Shown one piece after another: positions 53,445 through 64,000 of a stretch of DNA of 64,000 bases (position 1 is the first letter of the stretch; each line of letters starts with the position of its first letter). Source of the stretch: the human T2T-CHM13v2.0 reference genome, Homo sapiens. Location of the stretch: NCBI RefSeq assembly GCF_009914755.1, contig NC_060929.1, one strand, 5' to 3'. A program made the translations under genes and the position numbers. The notes below the pieces were generated by a model. That model did no database searches, had not been told where the DNA came from, and saw nothing but the letters and a program-made list of their open reading frames with translations.

Positions 53445-53742
53445 GGCTAGGCATGGTGGCTCATGCCTGTAATCCCAGCACTTCAGGAGGCTGAGGTAGG
53501 AGGATTGCTTGAGCCCAGGAGTTCAAGAACAGCCTTTGCAACATGGCGAGACCCTGTCTCTACAAAACATAAAAATATTAGCTGGGCATGGTAGCGCATG
53601 CCTGGGGTCCCAGCTACTCAAGAGACTGAGGTAGGAGGACTGCTTGAGCCCTGGAGGTTGGGACTACAGTGAGTCATGTTTATGCCACTGCACTCCAGCC
53701 TGAGTGATAGAGCGAGACTGTGTCTCAAAAAAAAAAAAAAAA
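53445..53742 (+). mobile_element. AluJ
   Basis: GGAGGATTGCTTGAGCCCAGG in the left arm, GGAGGACTGCTTGAGCCC in the right arm, and an A tail. Confidence 0.95.
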
Positions 53743-54565
53743 TTGAGACCCACATTGATTTGGCCATAACATCACATTGAGCACTGGCTTTATTTTTTAA
53801 GTATCTATTTCAAAATAATGGATGAAAATAATAAAGCAAAATTTTTAATATTTTTCTACTTTGGAGAATAGACCATTTCATAGTACAAAAGGAAGTGATA
53901 ATTCAGCAATCTCTGGATGAAGTGGACTATGGAGAGTAACAATCTATGTAATTTTGAATGTTAGGATGAAGTTTGTATGTTCATGGCAGTGCCATGGCAT
54001 TGATTTCAGGGCACTTTAGCTGACAAAAATGTTCAGGCTTCACTGATTACTCAAAAGCTCTTGAGAATTTTTTTCATAAAAAAGCACAAATATCCCACAC
54101 TAAATCAAAGCTGCCATGATAGAAAAGCTGACCATCCCTGCTATGTGAGGGACCCTCCCAGGAAACCCATTCTTTACCACAGGAATTGGGCTGGAGCCAC
54201 TGACTAACTTTGCTAATGCTCATATCAGCATTTGACTTGCATACTTAAAACCTTTCCCTGGATCTGATTTGATTCTGAAATAAAAATGAAACTTCCTCAG
54301 CTTGATGTTAATGGCCACTTGGTGATGAGTGCTGCTGTGCTATCGTCTAAACCTACTATGTCAGTCTCACTGCTTCATGTACATTCTTCACCTCTACCTC
54401 ATCCTACATTCCATACACTATCCATGAATGTGCTGAGAGAGAGGAAAATTTCTATATACATTTAAGCTGGCTCAAGACTAGCTCATAACTTAAATGCAGC
54501 ATGAGTTGTAACAGCAAATGAGCTGAAACAACCATCTTGCGCATCATTAGAAAACTTGTTAAATC

Positions 54566-54860
54566 AGCCAGGCACGGTGGCTCACGCCTGTAATCCCACC
54601 ACTTTGGGAGGCTGAGGAGGGTGGATCACAAGGTCAGGAGTTTGAGACCAGCCTGGCCAATATGGCGAAACCCCGTTTCTACTAAAAATACAAAAATTAG
54701 CTGGGCGTGGTGGTGGTGCCTGTATTCTCTACTCGGGATGCTGAGGAAGGAGAATGACACTGAGGAAGGGATGCTGTAAGGCGGAGGCTGCAGTGAGCCA
54801 AGATCACGCCACTGCACTCCAGCCTGGGCAACAGAGCGAGACTCTGTCTCAAAAAAAAAA
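54566..54860 (+). mobile_element. AluS (Sg-like) with a rearranged right arm
   Basis: GATCACAAGGTCAGGAGTTTGAGACCAGCCTGGCCAA; the segment CGCTTGAACCCGGG is replaced by other sequence. Confidence 0.95.
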
Positions 54861-54887
54861 TTGTATATATGTATATTTCTATATAAA

Positions 54888-54925
54888 TATACACACACAT
54901 ACATACACACACACACACACACACA
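54888..54925. repeat. Interrupted (CA)n microsatellite
   Basis: Direct reading. Confidence 0.9.
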
Positions 54926-54929
54926 TTGC

Positions 54930-56640
54930 TATGGAGTGATGACCACAGTAGAATAGAAAGTGCAAGTTGTAGACAAGTGTGCAAAATCTGCTACTCTACA
55001 TCTAAAAAAGAGGAAACAAATGTATTTACATCATTGCTTATATTTTTTAAAAAGTGAAAATCCAATCATAAAATTTTTGGAATTGATTCTTTCAAGAAGA
55101 CAAAGTAAATAGAGCTGAGAGTTAAGAATTCAAGCTAGACTTAATTACTTTGTTGCATAACAGGTAATTAACATTAAAATTATGTTTTAATAATTATAAA
55201 ATAACATTTAATGTAAAAATGCAACCGACAGACATTGAAGATAAAATGAAACATATTAAGCTAACTATGTAATGACAGAGAAAGTAACTATTTCAAGTCA
55301 CCAATAGGCACCAATAGTTTGACTACACCTTCCTATTGGAATATATACCTCAAGAAAAGAAAGAATTGAAAATAAAAACTATTTTTAGTAATCATGTTGT
55401 TGGCAATAATGTTGATATTTTTATTCTGAGACTACTGTGAATGTGACTAAGCAGAAAAGTAATTATGTTAGTGTTCTTGAGAGCTGAGGTATCCAGGATG
55501 GGAGAAAGAAAATGGATGTAAGATCAGTAAAGTAAAATAAAAAGACTGTAGTCCTGAATATGGATTGGAAGTATCAGTAAAATTCATGATATATTTTGTT
55601 TCTTAAAAAGAATCATACGTCCTAGTCTTGTCTATTGAAAAGGCATAGAAACAAGGAAGGACTCAGTAGCAAAGGACACTTCTAATACCAAAATTGTGGC
55701 CCCTAAATACCATTTCCCATTTAAAGGAACCAGGGCTCCTTAGAGAAGTGGCCAAATACAAGTCTGTGGTAGGAAATCTGTAAAATGAACCTGAACATCT
55801 TGTGATCAAGGAATCTATGAAAGGTTTCTAAGGTCATTTCAAGAAGACCCAAGAGTTAATCCGAACAGCCAGCTATTGGCAAAAATTGCGGCAACTGGAG
55901 TCCATTGCAATCAGTTAAAACATCCAGCAGTTTTAAAATATGAATTTATAGTATGACTAACAAAAACATTATAGGCAACTTTTGAATCCTAAGGAATCAA
56001 CTCATTAGACAGAAAACTAATGAAAAAGAAAAGGAAGAAAAGGCAGAGGAAGAGGAAAGGCAAAGAGAAAGTATAAATCCTGCCTTTACCACATGAACTG
56101 TACTGCAGAGTCATCAAACAGTTCAACAACTTGGGTTGGAATCAGCAGAATTCAAAATATGAAAACCTTGTAGGAAAAACACCTGAGTTCTTCAACCAAA
56201 AAATCAGAAGAAAAAAGATGTGGTAGATGAACTCATTGATTAAGAGAGACTCAAGTGATATATCATTTAATCATGAACTATGACCTTATTTGGATCCAGA
56301 CTCACACAAACTGTAGAAAACAAAATGAGACAATCTGGGAACCTTGAACACTAATGATATTAAGAAATTACTGTTAAAATTTTTAGATTTGATAGTGGTA
56401 TTGTGATAGTATTTTTAAAGAATATCTTTTGTCTTTTGGATATAATACTTAAATATGAATGAAATTGTATGCATAGTATTTGTTTCAAATTAATTGGGGT
56501 ATTGTTTAGTGAATGGGGTATATAGGAAAGATGGGCTGTGAGATTCTGATTTTTAACCCTTGATAAGCATCCATAGAGGCTTACTATGATATTCTCTTGT
56601 ATATGTTTGCATTTTTTCATAATAAAAGTTGCATTTATAA
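54930..56640 (+). mobile_element. L1MC4/5-like long 3' UTR
   Basis: CTAAATACCATTTCCCATTTAAAGGAACCAGGGCTCCTTAGAGAAGTGG and GACCTTATTTGGATCC...GATATTAAGAAATTACTGTTAA...GATAGTGGTATTGTG. Confidence 0.75.
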
Positions 56641-57275
56641 ATTAAAAATAATTTCCAAAACATTTGTGTAATAGAACATAGGTATGCCTATTTCCCCACA
56701 CCCATACTGGCAATGAGTTTATCTTTTATCATTTGTGCCAACTGATAAAAAGTATCAGTTTGTTTGGTGTTTTTTTTGTTTTGAGTCAGTGTATATCTAG
56801 TCCATGACACATTAATAATAAATAACATTAACTTTTTTTACTAATTATAGAAATGTGGCTTACATCTTATTGTTTTTCTGATCTTCCTGACTTTCATCTC
56901 AATTTGCTTTGAAGAATTACGCTCACTTCAAAAAACGTATTAAAAGGAAATATTCTGTGACATGTTCATTGATGTATGCATGAAGATCCTCATCACAGTA
57001 TTATACATAAAACCAAAAATTGGAAATGACCTAAATGTCCAACTTATGTAGCCACAAAAGTAATTATATAGATGTATATTTATTGACAAGAATATTCATA
57101 ATTCATCAAGTTAAAACTTATAAAAAACATATAAGTCCATAAAATATTAAGAGTGATTGTCCCTAGGTGGTCAGATTGTCAGTAATTTGAGGTTTTGCTT
57201 ATCGTATTTTCTATTTTTTAAGCAATGAACTCATGTTAGTTTAACAAAGACTAAAGTTTAAGAAGAGTCATAATA

Positions 57276-57575
<300 letters not shown>

Positions 57576-57591
57576 AAGAAGAGTCATAATA

Positions 57592-57592
<1 letters not shown>

Positions 57593-57636
<44 letters not shown>
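57593..57636. repeat. (AC)22 perfect microsatellite
   Basis: Direct count. Confidence 0.97.
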
Positions 57637-57640
<4 letters not shown>

Positions 57641-58376
57641 TCAAAGCCAGAGTCAATAAATGGCACACCACATGTCAGCCATGTTATTTACTATCGATTA
57701 CCCTGCACTATTTATTTTTTTGGCACGGCCTTTCTATGACAGGTTAATCTATAGTAATACCAAGAGAGAAAGCAAAGTCTTTTAAGCCTTCGTGTTCAAA
57801 AAGAAGAGGTAAAGGTGGGTTGTAGTTTGGAAGCACCAAATCAAAGAGCTCAAAATTATCATAGACAATATAAATAAAATTGCAGAAACTGGCAAAGCTC
57901 CACCTTTGCCAGTTCTATACATTCATGCATCCACTGATTAATTCAACAAATTCTCATTTAACACCTCAGTGTGCCAGGCACTGGACTAAGATGTCAGTAT
58001 TGTAGTGTATGCCATACCCTGGTCGTTAATGAATTCCATGTCTATTAGAAAAATAAAACTTCAGACTACTGAAACCTGCTTGGACTCTCAGGTTTTTCAA
58101 GTTAAACTAGCCCCTCCAGAGTAGACTGTAAATCAGACTCTCAAAGTCTGTGCCCTCCCTAAAAGTAGCATCATCAAAAGTTGTATTCCTCTTTTGAATA
58201 AGTTGTTCAAGTACCTCCCCTTCATTTTTTAATGGTTACATGTCTACTTTTAAAATTCATTTCCATCATATCACTCTGGGTTATTCAGTATGTCTAAAAA
58301 ATTAATTCAGATAAAATGAAACCAACAGTTAGTTACCCTTTCCAAATATTTCTTCACTCATATCTATTCAAAAGCC

Positions 58377-58554
58377 TTAGCCAGGTGTGGTGGCACACAC
58401 CGATAGTTCCAGGGACTTGGAAGGCTGAGATGGGAGCCCAGGAGGTGAGCTCAGGAAGTAAAGGCTGCAGTGAGCCGAGGTGGCACCACTGCACATTGCA
58501 CTCCAGCCTGGGTGACAGAGTGAGAGCCTGTCTCAAAAAAAAAAAAAAAAAAAA
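58377..58554 (+). mobile_element. AluJ right arm / FRAM
   Basis: TTAGCCAGGTGTGGTGGC...GGCTGCAGTGAGCCGAG...CTCCAGCCTGGGTGACAGAGTGAG, then an A tail. Confidence 0.9.
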
Positions 58555-58911
58555 GTCTGTTTAGGCTCTGAGCAAAACAAAACAAAGAAAAAGAGCAAAA
58601 AATGAAAGAAAGAAGAAATGGAAGGAGGGAGAACTTATGTTAATATACTCAAAAGATTTAAATTACTTAATGACTTTATTTATTCAGCTAGCTCTGACTC
58701 TCCTCTCCAATTAAGTTTATCAGAAGGGAGGTTATTAGTGTACAAAGAAAAAGGTAACACAATTTTATCTCTATTTTACAGACAAGAAGCATAAAGACAT
58801 ACTAATTAGACCTGGCATTTATCCTGGAAATGAGGTCTCAGTACCACAGCTTAGGGGAGTGGTTCTACTAGACGAAAAATCAGCCAAAACATTGGGTGAT
58901 TCTTGTTCTTG

Positions 58912-58950
58912 TTTCAAATGAGAAGAATATCAAATTCTTCTCATTTGAAA
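58912..58950. repeat. Perfect 17-bp inverted repeat with a 5-nt loop
   Basis: TTTCAAATGAGAAGAAT-ATCAA-ATTCTTCTCATTTGAAA. Confidence 0.95.
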
Positions 58951-58971
58951 ACCAGGTTCTTGTTGTTGTTC

Positions 58972-59011
58972 CTGCTCATCAAACTCTAAGACTGCTCATC
59001 AAACTCTAAGA
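58972..59011. repeat. Perfect 20-bp tandem duplication
   Basis: CTGCTCATCAAACTCTAAGA repeated twice. Confidence 0.95.
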
Positions 59012-59945
59012 CCAAGCCTTCTTGCCTACAATAAGTCACTGACTATTTAGAAGGATCAAAAAATGCACAGTACTTCCCCACAACAAACACTGTGATTTAT
59101 TCTCAGTGGGGACCCCTGCGCAATCAGAACCTAAACATCAGAGTTCGTACATGAGATAAACTCACTTTGTGTCTTGACTTTAAGAGAAGTCAGTCTTCAA
59201 AATACAGATTCAAAGAAAATATATAGTATAAGACCCTGGACAATGGATGAATTTGTTTGCATATCTTAAATATAACTTGAGAAGCAGAATTAAAATATTT
59301 TATGCTAAAGAAACTGCTCACTAATGGCTTGTCCTGATTTGACCCCCAACATTTCTTCCCTCAGTGATTAGTCATTTGTCACTGTTCCATAGTCCATTGA
59401 GAAGATGAATGGCAAACACGAAATGCAAATTAGGGGCTCCATATGGTCAAAAAATACTACATAGCAGAAAACATAAGCACATCAGTAGAGTTAACCTTGC
59501 TGAACATAAGTAATTAGAAACTGTTACTATTACAAGCTCAAATATTGATATGAAAATTAAATAACTGAATTTTTAGCAAAGATTTCTAGATCTGAGAAAA
59601 TTTATGACACTATTTCCTTAATTATAAGGCTTCTACAAAGAGCATGGAAATAAATTATCCTATGTATTAGCAACTAAATGTAGTAACTGTACTATTTAGT
59701 GCCCGAATATTTTATTTTCCTTTACTATCCCTAGAAAAGGTAGTACCCAGTCTTACCTATCTGTAGACTTCAAGCCATATCTAGCCAAAGGTACATGACA
59801 TAACAGATCTGGAAATTTTGCCAACTATCTGATGATAGATGCACACTGAACTAATCCATTGGCATGAATTCTGACAGGGGTATCAAAGCATTTCACAGAG
59901 TAGAAAAAATTAGTTCAGAACAATTTAAAATTCGAGATAAATGAG

Positions 59946-60025
59946 TATTGGGTTGAACAATACAATACTGCCAATATTTGACCATTTTTAACCTATGAAG
60001 GCAATTTCAGATACTTCAAATGAAC
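59946..60025. mobile_element. MADE2 (Mariner-derived MITE)
   Basis: TTGGGTTGAACAATAC...TGCCAATATTTGACCATTTTTAACCTA...GGCAATTTCAGATACTTCAA follows the recalled ~80-bp MADE2 consensus. Confidence 0.7.
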
Positions 60026-60229
60026 TTATGGCATGCATCCTGCCACTTTCTCTTTCTCACCCAGACAAACATACTGATATGGCATTCTACATGTTAAGTC
60101 AAGAATTCTTAACTCTATGTTCAAGCTATCCAATATCAATCAAATAATAATCACTATCAGAAGGGCAGGTGAATCTTGTTGAAAATCCCAGATCTAGATT
60201 TCTTTGCTAACATACTGCACCTGCAAGAT

Positions 60230-61350
60230 TTATTTATTAATTTATTCACTATTCATCCAGTAATTACTTTTTAAATATTTGCTCAATGAATTGCATTGAG
60301 TAAGGAGCTGGGTGAATACAGAAGTGTCTATACATGGAGATTTATAAGCTATTTTCTGTGCAGAATATACACATAAAAACTATGCATCAAAACCAGATAG
60401 TAAACGTAAGATGCTATTGGAGAAAATAAAGCAATACTTGGGCTTCAGCACAAGAAGAAAGGAACAATCCCATGGGTTAGATTGGCCTGGAAGGCTTCAT
60501 TAAAAGTTCAATATTTAGATAGGTAGGCTTTCAATAGACAAAGTGAAAAAAAGATGGCATATCAAATAGAAAGAACTTTGTGATCCGGAGGGAATGTTCA
60601 TGATATGTGTGAATGAAGCAAGGGGTGGTAAGAAAAGAGAAGTCTATTAAATAGACCAGTACCAGTGAAGTCGAAGTTTTACCAAGGGAGGATGAGAGAT
60701 AAAGTTGGAGAACAAAGTCAAAATTTAGAGTGGAGAAAGCAGTCTAAGCAATATAATAGTATTCTCTAAGTAATAGGGTGCTGCTGAACGCTTTGAGCAG
60801 AAGCATGACAAGATGGATTGTTCTCGAAAAACCGGTCTAGCATCTATGTTTAGGATGAATTGCAGGTAGAGACAACCAGAAGCCAGCTAACAGATGATGT
60901 TGCCATAACAAAAAAATAGATAAATCTAAAATGTGCTTACTAAATTGCACCCTAAACATATAAAAGACTATTATGAAGTGAAATAAAAGAATACGTAATT
61001 TTGGTATGAATTTGGATTCAATTCACCAAACACTCATTCAGCACTCCTCACTGTTGTGGCACAGTAGCATTTCATTTATTCAACAGAAATGTAATGAGTA
61101 CTCTGTTCCAGACATTTCTTGGCTCTGGGGATAGAGGATGAAGTAAGCACAGACAATCTATGGTCTCAAAGAGCCACATTCCAGTGAGAGAAACAGTAAA
61201 CAAGAAAAAAGAAGAATATATATCACAATTTGTAATAAGTGTTATAAAGAAAACAAACCAGGTGCAATAATAGAAAATAACGGATCTTCTTCATAAGAAT
61301 GGTAAGAAAGAGTTTGCTAAAGAGATGACTGTTAAGCTAAATACTCAAAG
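60230..61350 (-). mobile_element. L2 fragments (antisense)
   Basis: TTCATTTATTCAACAGAAATGTAATGAG...CTGGGGATAGAGGATGAA and CTTTGAGCAGAAGCATGACAAGAT are reverse L2. Confidence 0.6.
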
Positions 61351-62224
61351 AATTATTAGAGTTCTGGTTCCACTGGTGCAAACATACCAACCATATATTT
61401 CAAAGGCAACATGGTTTTTCCTTCCTTTTTTATCCCCCTCTATGTCAAAACTTGATTCAGCCTATAGGTTGTTACCCTTTCAACTAATCATGGACCCCAA
61501 TAGTTGTGGGACCGAAAGAGCTGCGAAGGTGGTCATTAACTTGCTAGCAGAGAGGCAACATGGAGACAGTAATTGCTGCCATAAATCTACACCTTAGTAG
61601 TAAGTATTTATTGACAGAAAGTCATATTTCTGCCCATGACAGTTCTATTACCACACAGCCATTCAAGGCTGAAAGTCTATTTTTGGCAGCTATTTAGCAA
61701 AGTCTAGAAAGACAGAGTAACTTGTTATACTCTTACACTTCCAAAGAATTCAAACATTTGGTTAAATCAGCAGAAAGAATAATCTTGTTGTGTTCACTAA
61801 ATCCAGGCTCAACTGACCACAAACCCTTAGGAGGCTTGGAAAGCCTTAGAAGACTCTTTTTCTGTTTCTTCTCATTCTTCTTTCTTAAGGCTTTTTGTAT
61901 CCATGAAGGTCCCAACTTCCTATCTCGGCCAATAGCCATGATGACTACTGGAGGAATTCTCATGGTTACCCCCTTTTCAGCACTGGACTGTTTCTGTCTT
62001 ACGCTCGAGATACTTGAATGCATGACTAAACTTACCATATAGATGATAAACTCCATGAATGTGTGTTAGATTGCTCCTTAATGACCTCCGTAGCATTTGA
62101 CATGTACTTAATAAATATTTCTGGGTGGGGGAAGAATGAGCAATGAATGAAGTATTAAAATAAATTTCAGATAAGATCCCTGAAAATGTCTTTCATAGGC
62201 AAAAGCAAATCAGATATTTTCTAG

Positions 62225-62395
62225 ATCTGTGATTCTTAAACCTAGTTGTACATCAGAATCACTTGATAGCTTACTCAAAATGCAAATCCCTGGGCTCCAT
62301 TTTCCTAGCCCCTCAACACCCAAGAATCTGAGCAAATCTGGGTTAGGTTTAAGAAACTTTTATTTTAAAACATCTTCCAAGGTATTTCTAATCCA
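62225..62395. mobile_element. MER5A/B
   Basis: GTGATTCTTAAAC...CATCAGAATCACTTG...AAATGCAAATCCCTGGGCTCC...CCAAGGTATTTCTAAT. Confidence 0.7.
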
Positions 62396-62848
62396 ATAAT
62401 TTCAATAACAAAAACCAAAGAGAGCACCAACAGAATGTGAGCCTATTATGAAAAGCTTTAAAGGCTTACAAAGAAATATGTTCTATGTTATCTGTGACAT
62501 TTTTAAAAGTTGTTAAAAACACAAGATCTAAATAGCCAGAAGAAAAAGAATCTCAATTGAAGTTTAGCTTTCTAAAAAGCTAACAAAGTTAACATTTTTA
62601 TTCAATAATTCTTATTTTTATCATGGACCATCAATGAAGTAGAATTAAACATTTTAAATGAAGTTTCTGCTTCTTTGAGTATGGCACAATAGGTATTCCA
62701 AATGCCTTCTGCATGATAAAACAGCTAGATCCCGAGTAAAATCTTTTTATTGCATTGCTAGGATAGCAATCTTTAATAAGAAGGAAAATCTCTGCTGACA
62801 CCAGAGTGATGAACAGTAAGTGCATCCAAAAGGCATGAGCTTCTCTCA

Positions 62849-62855
62849 GGGGGGG

Positions 62856-62886
<31 letters not shown>

Positions 62887-62890
62887 TATG
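62849..62890. repeat. Compound G7-A15-(TA)n low-complexity tract
   Basis: Direct reading. Confidence 0.9.
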
Positions 62891-63089
62891 TATCTCACAG
62901 GTGTGATGGGGGACACCATGCCTTGACCCAGTAGCAAGGTAGAAAAACTGAATATGAAACTCACATATTAAGCCAAGGACCCAAGATTTGGAATAGAGTG
63001 ATCACTGCTCAGTAGCACTCTTTGGCTTTTAGGAAAATTTTCAGCAAAAATAATTTCTCATTGGAGGAAAAACTCTCGATTTAGACTTC

Positions 63090-64000
63090 AAGTTTCCTAC
63101 AGATTAATGGCAATCAAATTTGTGTTAACAATCAAAGATCAGGAATTACACAAGGAAATAAACCAAAATCAGTGAGAATCATCAGAAACAATAAAAAATA
63201 GACCAATAAGGACTTCAGATACTGAAATCAGCATATGAAATATTATAAACATGTATGTATGAAATGTTTAAAGAAACAAAAATAAAATATCAAAAAATAA
63301 GCCCAGGCTGGTGTGATGGCTTATTCCTTTAATCCCAGTGCTTTGGGCAGCCAAGGCAGGAGAATCACTTGAGCCCAGGAGTTCAAGACCAGCTTGGGCA
63401 AGAGCAAAACATTGTCTCTACAACAATAAAATTTAAAAAAATAAATCTGGCATAGTGAAGCATGCCTGTAGTCCTAACTACTGGGGAGACTGAGGTGGGA
63501 GGATCACTTTAGCCTGGGAGTTTGAGGTTACAGTGAACTATGATTGTGTCACTATACTCCGGCTGTGATGACAGAGGAAGACTGTCTCAAAAAAGTAAGT
63601 AAATAAATAAATAAAAATAAGCACCAGAAATATTTTGGAAAAATAATGAAAATATAATTGTGAAATAAAAATTTAGAGGATTTTCACAGCAGATTAGAAA
63701 CAGTTGATGAAAAAACTGAAATAAATAAATTGCTTAGCCTGAAATACAGAGAGAAAAAAATGGAAATTACAGAGAAGAGGTTAAAGGAAGAATAATAAGG
63801 TCTAAAATCACCAGCCCCGTTGATGGTTTTAGAAATATCAAAATAAGTCTAATTAGAATCCAAAAGAAGAGAATGAAAGAACGAACAGAAAAAAATATTT
63901 CAAGCGATAAGATTTGAAGTTTCTACATCTGTTAATGGGGAGCTAGATAATTCGGACTAACTCTTCCACTGAAAACAACTGAAACATTTAAAAATATATA
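63090..64000 (+). mobile_element. Ancient L1/HAL1 ORF1-region fragments, interrupted by an AluJ
   Basis: CAGCAGATTAGAAACAG...GAAATACAGAGAGAAAAAAATGGAAA...AAGTCTAATTAGAATCCAAAAGAAGAGAA resembles the A-rich ORF1 coiled-coil region. Confidence 0.55.
63306..63613 (+). mobile_element. AluJ
   Basis: CACTTGAGCCCAGGAGTTCAAGACC, GGAGGATCACTTTAGCCTGGG, a (TAAA)n tail and an AAAATAAGC TSD. Confidence 0.94.

Overview
AT-rich, CpG-depleted primate DNA (AluY copies imply a catarrhine, human-like genome) with the character of a large intron or intergenic region. Much of the window is interspersed repeats: 14 Alu/FLAM/FRAM copies, L1 fragments of many ages (including a 2.9-kb L1PA remnant with the RT FADD motif), L2, MIR, solo LTRs (THE1/MST, MLT1, MER4, LTR33-like) and DNA transposon fossils (MER2, MER47A, MER3, MER5, MADE2). 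I find no supportable protein-coding gene; the listed ORFs are repeat-derived or chance. I see no evidence for a new biological system. The best leads are: candidate non-coding minus-strand exons (49756-49890, 21167-21201, 20954-21009, 62036-62120); a 13:1 Alu strand bias; an AluY head rebuilt by templated inverted insertions; an orphan L1PA 5'UTR; and several small template-switch or duplication scars. Repeat subfamily names come from remembered consensus sequences, and boundaries of old repeats are approximate.
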